Translations under genes and position numbers: made by a program
Notes under the pieces: generated by a model
Seen by the model: only the letters and a program-made list of their open reading frames with translations
Database searches by the model: none
What the model was told of the DNA's origin: nothing
Assembly (NCBI GenBank): GCA_902615715.1
Contig: CACMQA010000004.1
Location: forward strand, 11,814 to 75,813
Length of the DNA stretch: 64,000 nt
Reading direction: 5' to 3'
DNA from: an uncultured Pelagibacteraceae bacterium
Lineage (GTDB): Bacteria; Pseudomonadota; Alphaproteobacteria; Pelagibacterales; Pelagibacteraceae
In this document: piece by piece, positions 10,929 through 19,950 of the stretch
How positions within the stretch are numbered: position 1 is the first letter of the stretch
How the letters are laid out: each line of letters begins with the position of its first letter

Positions 10929-12264
10929 TTTTGTTCTCCAATAAATGTTGGTCAACTAAATAAGGATTGTTCAATTTTTTCTTAATTAAAGGTTCTTCTC
11001 TACAACGACTTTCCACTTCTTTTCTAAAATGTCTTAACAAACCTTGTACTGGCCAAGCTGATCCTTCGCCGAAAGCACAAATAGTATGACCTTCAATTTG
11101 TTTTGTTACATCAGAAAGTAAATCTATATCGCTAAAAGTTGCTTTTCTTTTAACTACTCTATCTAAAATTCTCCACATCCAACCTGATCCTTCTCTACAT
11201 GGGGTACATTGACCACAACTCTCATGTTTATAAAACCTCGCAATTCTAGCCATGCACTCAACAATATCTTGATCTTTATTAATAACGACAATCCCTGCAG
11301 TGCCTAATCCACTTTTATTTTCAATTAAAGAGTCAAAATCCATTGTTAACGTATCGCAAATTTTTTTTGGTAATAAAGGCATAGATGAACCACCTGGAAT
11401 AACTGCTTGAAGATTATCCCATCCTCCAATTACTCCACCTGCATGTTTTTCAATTAAATCTTTAAGTGGAATTCCCATTTCCTCCTCGACGTTGCATGGA
11501 GCATTTACATTTCCTGAAATACAAAATATTTTAGTTCCAGTATTTTTAGGCCTGCCTATCGAAGCAAACCACTTACCACCTCTTCTTAAAATTGTAGGTA
11601 CCACAGCAACGGTTTCTACATTATTTACTATTGTAGGACATCCATACAAACCAACTAATGCTGGAAAAGGTGGTTTTAATCTTGGTTGACCCTTATTACC
11701 TTCAATACTTTCCAATAAAGCAGTTTCCTCACCACAAATATATGCTCCTGCTCCATAATGAATATGAATGTCAAAATCCCATCCAGTTCCACAGGCATTT
11801 TTCCCTAAAAAATTTTTAGCATACGCCTGATCAATAGCTTCTTGTAGTCGTTTACCTTCGTTAAGATATTCTCCTCTTATATATATGTAACAAACATGAG
11901 CATTAGTTGTATAACCTGCGATTAGACACCCCTCTATTAATTTTTGAGGCTCAAATCTTAGAATATCTCTATCCTTACATGTTCCAGGTTCAGACTCATC
12001 AGCATTTATTACTAAATAGTGTGGTCTTGAACCAACTTCTTTTGGAGCAAAAGACCATTTCAAACCAGTTGAAAAACCTGCTCCGCCTCTCCCTCTTAGT
12101 TCAGAAGTTTTTATTTCATTAATTATCCATTCACGGCCTTTATTGATTAAATCTTTAGTGTCTTTCCAATCATCACGTTTTAATGAATTCTCAATGTCCC
12201 AACCAAATTCATTATAAAGATTTTTAAATATTCTATTTTCTTTTTTAAGCATGTTTTTCTCCAT
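10921..12264 (-). CDS. nuoF: NADH-quinone oxidoreductase subunit F (FMN/NADH-binding)
   Basis: 447 aa with [13 protein letters not shown] (FMN site) and [12 protein letters not shown] (N3 cluster). An alternative start lies at 12252 (MLKKENR). Confidence 0.95.
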   Translation of the reverse strand: MEKNMLKKENRIFKNLYNEFGWDIENSLKRDDWKDTKDLINKGREWIINEIKTSELRGRGGAGFSTGLKWSFAPKEVGSRPHYLVINADESEPGTCKDRDILRFEPQKLIEGCLIAGYTTNAHVCYIYIRGEYLNEGKRLQEAIDQAYAKNFLGKNACGTGWDFDIHIHYGAGAYICGEETALLESIEGNKGQPRLKPPFPALVGLYGCPTIVNNVETVAVVPTILRRGGKWFASIGRPKNTGTKIFCISGNVNAPCNVEEEMGIPLKDLIEKHAGGVIGGWDNLQAVIPGGSSMPLLPKKICDTLTMDFDSLIENKSGLGTAGIVVINKDQDIVECMARIARFYKHESCGQCTPCREGSGWMWRILDRVVKRKATFSDIDLLSDVTKQIEGHTICAFGEGSAWPVQGLLRHFRKEVESRCREEPLIKKKLNNPYLVDQHLLENKNA

Positions 12265-12850
12265 TACTAATTAAAATTTTTTCTGGAGAAGTGTTTTTTC
12301 TCCCACGATATGAGCCAGGTTTTAATGGTTTGTCATTTAATAAAGAAGTAAGTATTTCTTTTGCACTTTTTTCGTCTAAGTCTTCATAATAATCATTATT
12401 TATTTGAACCATAGGGGCACTGACACAAGCTCCAAGACACTCCACTTCCATCCAAGAGCAATTACCTTTTTTTGAAATTTCGTTTTCATTTGGAGAAATA
12501 TTTTCTTTGCATAATTTTACTATTTTATCAGCGCCTCTAAGTAAACAAGGTGTTGTAGTGCATACTTGTATAAAATGTTTCCCTACTGGTGCAAGGTTAT
12601 ACATTGTGTAAAAAGTGGCTACTTCGTAAACTGATATGTAAGGCATTGCTAAATAGTTTGCTATATATTTCATTGCTGCCAAAGAGATCCAATTATCATT
12701 TTGTCTTTGAGCTAAATAAAGTAAAGGCATCACGGCACTTTTTTTATTTTTTTCAGGATATTTTTTTAAAATTTCTTCAACTTTTTTTAAATTTTCATCT
12801 GAAAACTTAAATTCTTTTGGTTGGTTGTCATGTACTTTTTTTACACTCAT
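12245..12850 (-). CDS. nuoE: NADH-quinone oxidoreductase subunit E (2Fe-2S)
   Basis: 201 aa. Cys ligands [10 protein letters not shown] and [12 protein letters not shown], in a thioredoxin-like 2Fe-2S fold. Confidence 0.93.
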   Translation of the reverse strand: MSVKKVHDNQPKEFKFSDENLKKVEEILKKYPEKNKKSAVMPLLYLAQRQNDNWISLAAMKYIANYLAMPYISVYEVATFYTMYNLAPVGKHFIQVCTTTPCLLRGADKIVKLCKENISPNENEISKKGNCSWMEVECLGACVSAPMVQINNDYYEDLDEKSAKEILTSLLNDKPLKPGSYRGRKNTSPEKILISNGEKHA

Positions 12851-14022
12851 CTATCTACCTCTCCGAATACTATGTCTAATGAACCGAGTACAGCAGGCAC
12901 ATCAGCCAACATGTGACCACGAATAAGATAATCCATAGCTTGCAAGTGGGAAAATCCTGGAGCTCTTATTTTACATCTATAAGGCTTATTGCTACCGTCA
13001 GATATTAGATAAACACCAAACTCACCTTTAGGCGCTTCTACTGCAGTATAAACATCTCCCTTAGGAACTCTATAACCTTCAGTAAATAATTTGAAATGGT
13101 GAATTAAGGCCTCCATAGATTGTTTAATATCATCTCTGTTTGGAGGAGAAATTTTATTATCTATAGATATAACTGGACCTTTAGGTAATCTTTCAATACA
13201 TTGGAGTATAATTTTTACACTCTCTCTCATTTCCTCTATTCTACAAAGATATCTATCGTAACAATCACCATTTTTTCCAACTGGAATTTTAAAGTCTAAA
13301 TCTTTGTAAATTTCATATGGTTGTGATCTTCTAAGATCCCATGGAATTCCGGAACCTCTTAACATTACACCTGAAAAACTATGATCAAGAGCCTCCTGCT
13401 TTGAAACAATACCTATTTCAACATTACGTTGTTTAAAAATACGATTATCAGTAAGCAAACCCTCTAGATCATCAATTATTTTAGGGAACGATTTACAAAA
13501 CTTTTCAATATCTTCCACAAGTTTCATTGGTATATCTTTGTGAACTCCTCCAGTTCTAAAATAGTTTGCATGTAATCTTGAACCAGATGCTCTTTCATAA
13601 AAAGTCATTAAAGTTTCTCTTTCCTCAAAACCCCATAAAGAAGGAGTTAAAGCCCCTACGTCTAATGCTTGCGTGGTTACATTTAAAATATGACTTAAAA
13701 TTCTGCCAATTTCACAAAATATTACTCTAATATATTTAGCTCTTATAGGCACTTCAACATTTAGCAATTTTTCAGCTGCCAAAGCAAAGGCATGCTCTTG
13801 ATTCATAGGTGCTACGTAATCTAACCTATCAAAATAAGGTAAAGCTTGAGTATAAGTTTTTTGCTCTATCAATTTCTCTGTTCCTCGATGAAGAAGGCCT
13901 ATATGTGGATCAGCTTTTTGAACTAATTCTCCGTCTAATTCCAAAATTAACCTTAAAACTCCATGTGCAGCAGGATGTTGTGGCCCAAAATTTAGACTTA
14001 ATGATTTAGTTTTTTTTACCAT
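12847..14022 (-). CDS. nuoD: NADH-quinone oxidoreductase subunit D (49 kDa)
   Basis: 391 aa with [16 protein letters not shown] and a C-terminal DIVFGEVDR. Confidence 0.95.
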   Translation of the reverse strand: MVKKTKSLSLNFGPQHPAAHGVLRLILELDGELVQKADPHIGLLHRGTEKLIEQKTYTQALPYFDRLDYVAPMNQEHAFALAAEKLLNVEVPIRAKYIRVIFCEIGRILSHILNVTTQALDVGALTPSLWGFEERETLMTFYERASGSRLHANYFRTGGVHKDIPMKLVEDIEKFCKSFPKIIDDLEGLLTDNRIFKQRNVEIGIVSKQEALDHSFSGVMLRGSGIPWDLRRSQPYEIYKDLDFKIPVGKNGDCYDRYLCRIEEMRESVKIILQCIERLPKGPVISIDNKISPPNRDDIKQSMEALIHHFKLFTEGYRVPKGDVYTAVEAPKGEFGVYLISDGSNKPYRCKIRAPGFSHLQAMDYLIRGHMLADVPAVLGSLDIVFGEVDR

Positions 14023-14620
14023 CTTTTTCTGCGTTTTTTATTTCTTTAATATAATTTGTTCCCTCCCAAGGGCTTTCAAAATCGAAATTTCTATAATTTT
14101 GCTCAAGTTTAACAGGCTCATAAATCACTTTTTTTTCTTTCTCGCTATATCTAACTTCATTAAAGCCGGTTAAAGGAAAATCTTTTCTCAAAGGATGTCC
14201 TTTAAATCCATAATCAGTCAAAATTCTTCTTAAATCAGGATGGTTTTTAAATTTAATTCCGTACATATCAAAAACTTCTCTTTCCATCCAGTTAGCTGAT
14301 GGAAAAACTTTTGTTAAAGAGTTTATTGTTTGATTAATTTGAAATTTGGTTAAAACTTTAATTCTTAAATTGTGCTCATGGGACAAAAAGAGATAGACTA
14401 ATTCAAATCTTTTTTCATTATCTGGATAATCTACTCCAGCAATATCAATTAATTGTTTAAAATTGCAGCTTTCATTTGATTTTAAAAATTGAACTACATC
14501 AATCAAATCACTTGTATCAATCTCAATAAGTAATTCTTCATTTTCAATAGATGAGTTTTTGATTTTACTTGAGAGTTCTGAATTAATTAATTTTTCAATT
14601 TTTTGAAGATTTAAAATCAT
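14006..14620 (-). CDS. nuoC: NADH-quinone oxidoreductase subunit C (30 kDa)
   Basis: 204 aa with [23 protein letters not shown] and [12 protein letters not shown]. Confidence 0.93.
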   Translation of the reverse strand: MILNLQKIEKLINSELSSKIKNSSIENEELLIEIDTSDLIDVVQFLKSNESCNFKQLIDIAGVDYPDNEKRFELVYLFLSHEHNLRIKVLTKFQINQTINSLTKVFPSANWMEREVFDMYGIKFKNHPDLRRILTDYGFKGHPLRKDFPLTGFNEVRYSEKEKKVIYEPVKLEQNYRNFDFESPWEGTNYIKEIKNAEKDGKKN

Positions 14621-14621
14621 T

Positions 14622-15179
14622 TTATCTTTTTGAAGAACCTTCTCTTCTTATTTTTTTTTGGAGTTGTAAAATTCCATATAACAAAGCTTCGGCTGATGGC
14701 GGACAGCCTGGAACGTAAATATCTACTGGAACAATTTTATCGCATCCTCTTACAACTGAATATGAGTAGTGGTAATACCCTCCTCCATTAGCACAACTTC
14801 CCATAGATACAACGTACCTTGGTTCTGGCATTTGATCGTAAACTTTTCTAAGAGCTGGAGCCATTTTATTTGTTAAAGTCCCTGCTACAATCATCACATC
14901 AGATTGCCTAGGTGAAGCTCGTGGTGCAGCGCCAAATCTTTCAAGATCATATCTTGGCATCGAAGTTTGCATCATTTCTACAGCACAACATGCAAGACCA
15001 AATGTCATCCAGTGTAGAGAGCCAGTTCTTGCCCAATTAATCAAATTATCACTTGAGGTAGTTATAAAACCTTTTTCAGCAAAATCTTTTGCCAAATCTT
15101 TAAACTCCTCGGGTATTTGTTTTTGCTTGTTTGTATTTAAATTTGTTTTTATTCCCATTCCAAAGCACCTTTTTTCCAT
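14622..15179 (-). CDS. nuoB: NADH-quinone oxidoreductase subunit B (20 kDa, N2 cluster)
   Basis: 185 aa with [20 protein letters not shown] and VPGCPP. An alternative start lies at 15158 (MGIKT). Confidence 0.95.
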   Translation of the reverse strand: MEKRCFGMGIKTNLNTNKQKQIPEEFKDLAKDFAEKGFITTSSDNLINWARTGSLHWMTFGLACCAVEMMQTSMPRYDLERFGAAPRASPRQSDVMIVAGTLTNKMAPALRKVYDQMPEPRYVVSMGSCANGGGYYHYSYSVVRGCDKIVPVDIYVPGCPPSAEALLYGILQLQKKIRREGSSKR

Positions 15180-15517
15180 TCATAAATAAAACCAATGGTT
15201 AGAACTCCTAAAAAAAACATCATTGACCAAAAACCAATAGAACCTATTCCACCTAAAGAAATTGCCCAAGGGAAGAGAAAGGCGATCTCTAAATCAAATA
15301 TAATGAAGAGGATCGCAACTAAGTAAAATCTTACATCAAATTCCATCCTAGAATCATCAAATGGTTCAAAACCACATTCATAAGCTGATAGTTTTTCTGG
15401 GTCTGGATTAGATGGGGATGCTAAATAATTAGCCACAATAAACCCAATGCTTAAAAATAAAGCTATAAATAAAAATATTATTATTGATAAATATTCTGAT
15501 AAAAAATTATAAATCAT
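15149..15517 (-). CDS. nuoA: NADH-quinone oxidoreductase subunit A
   Basis: 122 aa with 3 TM helices and the YECGFEPF motif. It is the first gene of the operon. Confidence 0.93.
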   Translation of the reverse strand: MIYNFLSEYLSIIIFLFIALFLSIGFIVANYLASPSNPDPEKLSAYECGFEPFDDSRMEFDVRFYLVAILFIIFDLEIAFLFPWAISLGGIGSIGFWSMMFFLGVLTIGFIYEWKKGALEWE

Positions 15518-15683
15518 GTTTTTTTTATTAATACCTACCTCAATACCGTAGTTTGAGGATTCTTATATTAACAATATGTCTTTATAACATTTCTCTCCAA
15601 AGAGTACAGGACAGAAGGAAGCATTTTTGTTGACAGATTAATGTTAGTTTTAGACTTTTTAGATGACAATGGTTATCAACTAG

Positions 15684-15760
15684 TGGCGGGAGTGACGGGA
15701 CTCGAACCCGCGACCTCCTGCGTGACAGGCAGGCGCTCTAACCAACTGAGCTACACCCCC
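15684..15760 (-). tRNA. tRNA-Asp (anticodon GTC), CCA encoded
   Basis: Hand-folded from the reverse strand: GGGGGTGTAGCTCAGTTGGTTAGAGCGCCTGCCTGTCACGCAGGAGGTCGCGGGTTCGAGTCCCGTCACTCCCGCCA. The acceptor, D, anticodon (CCTGC-CTGTCAC-GCAGG) and T arms all pair. Confidence 0.93.
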
Positions 15761-15777
15761 ACAGTTATTGAATTTAA

Positions 15778-15853
15778 TGGTGGGCGGTAAAGGACTCGAA
15801 CCTATGACCCTCTCGGTGTAAACGAGATGCTCTACCAACTGAGCTAACCGCCC
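15778..15853 (-). tRNA. tRNA-Val (anticodon TAC), CCA encoded
   Basis: Reverse strand: GGGCGGTTAGCTCAGTTGGTAGAGCATCTCGTTTACACCGAGAGGGTCATAGGTTCGAGTCCTTTACCGCCCACCA. It folds as a cloverleaf with one U-U mismatch in the T stem. Anticodon loop is TTTACAC. Confidence 0.9.
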
Positions 15854-15952
15854 TATTAAATAAAATCGAGATATACATTAAAAACTTTATAAAGTAAAAA
15901 AGTATTTAAATACTGATGTAATTTCGATAAATATCAGTATTATTGTAAAATT

Positions 15953-16474
15953 ATGATTATAACTTGTAATTGTGGTCTAAAAAAATTTTCTCTCCCGGAT
16001 AATTCTATACCTGCTGCTGGACGAATGGTTCAATGTGGTTCTTGTGGACTGAAATGGAAACAATTTCCTGTAAATGAAATTAATAAAACTGAGCCAATTA
16101 GTAACATCGAAAAGATAGCTTCAAAACCTAAACAAGTTCAACCAAAAATAAAAAAAGTAAAAAAAGTAAAAAAAACTGCTGTTAGAAAGTCTAGAGAAAT
16201 AGATTTATATTCTCCAGAATACTTAGCAAAAAAACATGGTATTAAACTTAATGCAGATGTTGAAAAAATTAAAGTTGATGAGAAAGTTTCTTTTGGGTTT
16301 TACAACTTTTTAATTCTTTTAATTGTTATAACTATAGCATTAGCTAGAAGTTTATTCTTTTTTCAAGATTTTATTATTCAATATTTTCCATTCTCTGAAT
16401 ATTATTTAAATTATCTATTTGAAAGTATAAGAAATATGTTTGAAATCTGGAAAAACCTTATTTCCAATTATTAG
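15953..16474 (+). CDS. MJ0042-type zinc-ribbon protein with Lys-rich linker and C-terminal TM helix
   Basis: 173 aa. N-terminal CNCG..x..CGSCG four-Cys ribbon (MIITCNCGLKKFSLPDNSIPAAGRMVQCGSCGLKWKQ), a KKVKKVKK linker and a hydrophobic segment FYNFLILLIVITIALA. Confidence 0.7.
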   Translation: MIITCNCGLKKFSLPDNSIPAAGRMVQCGSCGLKWKQFPVNEINKTEPISNIEKIASKPKQVQPKIKKVKKVKKTAVRKSREIDLYSPEYLAKKHGIKLNADVEKIKVDEKVSFGFYNFLILLIVITIALARSLFFFQDFIIQYFPFSEYYLNYLFESIRNMFEIWKNLISNY

Positions 16475-19016
16475 ACTCCAGCTCCTTAATATTTATAAAA
16501 TTTTGCGACAAATCTGAATTATTTTTTTTAATATCGTCATAGAAATTCCACGCTAAAACTAATAGTGGTTTAGATTTATCTTTAATTTGAGATTTATTTT
16601 TAATAGGTATTTTTACACCTGGAATAAACTTATTATGTTTCAACTTATTATCCTCAACAATAAAATCTATTTCGTTAGATATACCAAAGAAATTTAAAGC
16701 TGTAGTTGCTTTAGCTGGAGCGCCATATCCTATTATTGATTTATTATTTTTTTTCAATTTTTTAATATTGGTTAATACATTTTCCCTAATTTTATAAATT
16801 TTTTCACCAAAAATTTTATAAGTATTAAAATCTTTAATGCCAAAAACTTCTTCCTCTTTGAGCATTTCCTTAACACTTGACTCAACTTTCACTTTTTTAT
16901 TTTTTTTTATGTAGACTCTAATAGAGCCTCCATGAGTATTTATTTTTTCAGATCTAAATATCCTAGCGTTAAATTTGCTAAAAAAATTTATCAATGAAGT
17001 TAATGACCAATAGTTATAATGCTCATGGTAAATATTATCGAAAGTCAGATCTCTGAGAGTATTTAATAGGTATTGAACTTCTATAATTATTGTCCCATTT
17101 TTACTCAATAAGCTCAACATACACTCTGCCATTTCCATCAATTTATCCGAATGTGCAAATACATTCGATGCAAGAATTAAATCAGCATTTTTTTTAATTT
17201 TTTTAATATTCTTTTTTTCTAAAAAACCATTGTAAGTTTTTATTTTATTTTTATTAGCAAGTTTTGCTAAATTTTTTGCTGGTTCAATACCTAGTATTTT
17301 TTTAAATCCTAAATTTAAAAATGGCTTTAGTGCGATACCATCATTGCTTCCAATGTCTATAATATATGATTTTTTTTTACTTAATTTAAATTCTTTCACA
17401 TATTTTTTTGCAGCTTCTATAAAATGATTTCTAAAAACTTTTGAGGTAGAGGAAGTATAAAGATAGTTAGAAAACATTTTTTTAGGATCAACTGCTACTG
17501 AAAGTTGACAATTGTGACACTTATTACAATAATTTACCTCAAGTGGGTAAAGATCGCATTTTTCATCTTTTTTTTTTATTAAATTATTTGCTAAAGGTTG
17601 ATAACCCAATGATACAACTCTTTTGAGATCAGTGTTGCCACAAGATCTACAATCAAATTTATAGCAATTCAGTAATAGATTTTTTTCTTTTTCATCTACA
17701 AAAATATGTTTGATTGTATGTGTAATGCCGTAATTTTCGTGATCTCTTTCGCCTCTTACTAAATTCAAAAAAGTAGTATCTTTTGTAAATACCATTGTGT
17801 GAGCTATATTTGGTTTGATGATTGAAAGTTGCCCTGCGTTAACTACTTGGGTAACTTTAGGGGCATTAGGATTAAGTATATCTTGAAATATTTCAATAAT
17901 TTGCCCTTTTGTAAATAAACATTTTTGTTCTTGCTGTGGATGATAATGATTAGCTCTAATTGTTCCTTTTTTTGACTCAATCATACCAATTAGATTAATT
18001 GGCTCAGTTAATTCATGGTTACTAATTACTCCACGCTCATCTATGTATAAATTTTTACCATCTTGTACAAATTCTAAATCTTTTATCAAATCTTGCTTAG
18101 ACCATTTATGTATCATTTCTTTAATACTGTGATCTAAATTATAAAGGAATTCAAAGCCTGTATTTAATAATTTTTTATTAGATAAAGAAAAACCTAAATT
18201 AGGAACCTCATCATTAGTTTCTTTTAATGTTATTTTAGGATTATGTTTTTTACAAACTTCAGCTACTTCTTTTACGGTGAGTGTGTCTTTAGTTAAATTA
18301 AATATCTCTGAGCTAATTTCATCTTTCTCTTCCATAAATTTAAAACACCTTGCTACATCAACTAAGGGAACAAGACTTTTAATTTGTCTTCCACCAGCAA
18401 AAAGTTTTAAAGTTCCATTTTGCGAAGCTACTTTTGAAAATAAATTAGTCATTATATCAAGTCTCATTGTGTCGGTTGAATAACCATATACTGAACCCAG
18501 TCTTAAGATAACATAATTTTTACCAGAATTTTTTAATTGATCTTCATTTACTGCTTTTGAAGAAGAGTAAGATAAAACTGGTTTAGTTGTTTCGTTTTCA
18601 TTTATATTATTTCTCACTTTATCTACTCCTTCGAAAACAACATGGGTAGATGGAAAAATGATTTTACACTTATTATTAATTACATCTAAAATATTTTGAG
18701 TACCTTTTTCAGCAACTTCCTTAATTTTTTCATCTTGAGCGGATGAGGACTCACTTTTTATTCTTGGAACATCAGTGATGCCTGCAAGATGATGAACTAC
18801 ATCAGCATTTTTACAATGCTGATGTATTAAATTTTTATCTAAAATATCACCTTGTATAAATTCCATATTCCAATTTCGAATTTGACTTACACGTTCAGAA
18901 ACAAATCTATTATCAATTACAATGATTTTATGATGCCAGCTAACACCTGAATATAATTTACACAATTCGGTACCTATATAACCAAGGCCTCCTGTGATTA
19001 CTATTTTCTTTTTCAT
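16458..19016 (-). CDS. Three-domain sugar-nucleotide tailoring fusion: extended SDR epimerase/dehydratase/reductase + cupin + SAM-dependent C-methyltransferase
   Basis: 852 aa with no internal stops. Residues 1-305 are an SDR (TGGLGYIG, YSSSK). Residues ~312-437 are a cupin (DERGV..RANHYHPQQEQKCLFTKGQ). Residues ~451-852 are a Zn-ribbon (CRSCG..CNKCHNC) plus a class I methyltransferase (IIDIGSNDG) plus a C-methyltransferase C-terminal domain (THGGSIRVY). Confidence 0.8.
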   Translation of the reverse strand: MKKKIVITGGLGYIGTELCKLYSGVSWHHKIIVIDNRFVSERVSQIRNWNMEFIQGDILDKNLIHQHCKNADVVHHLAGITDVPRIKSESSSAQDEKIKEVAEKGTQNILDVINNKCKIIFPSTHVVFEGVDKVRNNINENETTKPVLSYSSSKAVNEDQLKNSGKNYVILRLGSVYGYSTDTMRLDIMTNLFSKVASQNGTLKLFAGGRQIKSLVPLVDVARCFKFMEEKDEISSEIFNLTKDTLTVKEVAEVCKKHNPKITLKETNDEVPNLGFSLSNKKLLNTGFEFLYNLDHSIKEMIHKWSKQDLIKDLEFVQDGKNLYIDERGVISNHELTEPINLIGMIESKKGTIRANHYHPQQEQKCLFTKGQIIEIFQDILNPNAPKVTQVVNAGQLSIIKPNIAHTMVFTKDTTFLNLVRGERDHENYGITHTIKHIFVDEKEKNLLLNCYKFDCRSCGNTDLKRVVSLGYQPLANNLIKKKDEKCDLYPLEVNYCNKCHNCQLSVAVDPKKMFSNYLYTSSTSKVFRNHFIEAAKKYVKEFKLSKKKSYIIDIGSNDGIALKPFLNLGFKKILGIEPAKNLAKLANKNKIKTYNGFLEKKNIKKIKKNADLILASNVFAHSDKLMEMAECMLSLLSKNGTIIIEVQYLLNTLRDLTFDNIYHEHYNYWSLTSLINFFSKFNARIFRSEKINTHGGSIRVYIKKNKKVKVESSVKEMLKEEEVFGIKDFNTYKIFGEKIYKIRENVLTNIKKLKKNNKSIIGYGAPAKATTALNFFGISNEIDFIVEDNKLKHNKFIPGVKIPIKNKSQIKDKSKPLLVLAWNFYDDIKKNNSDLSQNFINIKELESNNWK

Positions 19017-19065
19017 AATTAAGCTAATATTTACTTATAACAAGTTTTGCTATAACTCAATTATT

Positions 19066-19947
19066 ATGAAATTTATTGATTGTTTTATGTATTATGATGA
19101 AGATATGATTTTAGATATACGTCTAAACATATTGGACAAATTTGTTTCCTATTTTGTTATTTGTGAAGCAAATTTTAATCATAACGGAACAAAAAGAGAA
19201 TTAAAATTTGATATTAATAAATTTAAAAAATTTAAAAATAAAATTATTTATATAGCATTAGATAAACAGCCCGAGGGAATAAAAGAGATTAATGAGACAG
19301 ACTGCTATTCAACAAAAAACTCAAAAATTTTGGATAATGCACTTATAAGAGAAAATTTTCAAAGAAATTTCCTTTTTAGTAAGATTACTAATTTTGATGA
19401 TAATGATCTAATAATAATAAGTGATTTGGATGAAATTCCTAACCTAGAGAATTTTCGTTACAATGCAAAAATAACATTTTTTGAACAGAAAATGTTTTAT
19501 TATAAATTGAATTTAATTCATAAAAATTTTTTGTGGTACGGATCTAAAATAACGAAGAAAAAACATTTACTTAGTCCTCAATGGTTAAGAAATATTAAAT
19601 CGAAAAAATATCCATTATGGCGAATAGATATTATGTTTTCTAAAACTAAATATAATAATATAAATTTTATAAAGGATGGAGGTTGGCATTTCACAAATGT
19701 TAAAACAGCTGAGCAAATAGATTTTAAAATGAAAAATTTTCTTCATCACCTTGAATATGAAGAAAGTGGTTTAAATGTTAAAGATGTCAAAAAAATTATT
19801 GCTGAGAAAAAAGTATTCTATGATCACAAAGCTGACAAGAAAGAAAAAAAATGGAATGCAAAAATAGAATTGGTAGTAGAAAATGATAGTAATCTTCCAA
19901 ATTATATAATCAATAATAAAGGTAAATTTAGTGAATGGTTGGATTAA
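19066..19947 (+). CDS. Glycosyltransferase family 17-like protein
   Basis: 293 aa from MKFIDCFMYYDEDMILDIRLNIL..FVICEANFNHNGTKRELKF, then IIISDLDEIP and GGWHFTN, the pattern of the bacterial GT17 (beta-1,4-mannosyl-glycoprotein GlcNAc-transferase-like) family. The ORF-track start at 18994 overlaps the divergent gene, so I use the internal ATG at 19066. Confidence 0.75.
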   Translation: MKFIDCFMYYDEDMILDIRLNILDKFVSYFVICEANFNHNGTKRELKFDINKFKKFKNKIIYIALDKQPEGIKEINETDCYSTKNSKILDNALIRENFQRNFLFSKITNFDDNDLIIISDLDEIPNLENFRYNAKITFFEQKMFYYKLNLIHKNFLWYGSKITKKKHLLSPQWLRNIKSKKYPLWRIDIMFSKTKYNNINFIKDGGWHFTNVKTAEQIDFKMKNFLHHLEYEESGLNVKDVKKIIAEKKVFYDHKADKKEKKWNAKIELVVENDSNLPNYIINNKGKFSEWLD

Positions 19948-19950
19948 GCT

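Noticed and set aside
15538-15558. A hairpin CCTCAA-N9-TTGAGG in the spacer upstream of nuoA, considered as a possible leader structure or attenuator.
   Set aside because: It has only 6 bp and no adjacent U-tract. It lies 20-40 nt from the ATG and sequesters no start signal. It is too weak to support a feature call.
16140-16175. A tandem A-rich repeat (aaaaaagtaaaaaaagtaaaaaaaa), considered as a possible microsatellite or CRISPR-like repeat.
   Set aside because: It encodes the in-frame KKVKKVKK linker of the Zn-ribbon protein. It is only a two-unit low-complexity repeat, not an array.
18994-19065. Upstream ATG extensions in the ORF track: GT17-like 18994, nuoG 10955, sufT 30004, NDUFA12-like 50286, pepA 58173, lptF 58219.
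   Set aside because: Each extension adds non-conserved residues and overlaps the neighbouring gene. Examples are 23 nt into the divergent fusion gene, 35 nt into nuoF and 52 nt into sufU. The internal ATGs give canonical family N-termini and ATGA-type or near-abutting junctions with the neighbouring gene. The longer forms cannot be excluded without experimental data.
15854-19950. The idea that the whole interval from tRNA-Val to lon is a horizontally acquired genomic island.
   Set aside because: It has tRNA adjacency, and by eye a lower GC content. But I see no integrase, no direct repeat of the tRNA 3' end and no mobility gene, and I cannot compute composition here. I keep this only as a check within the fusion-gene finding.
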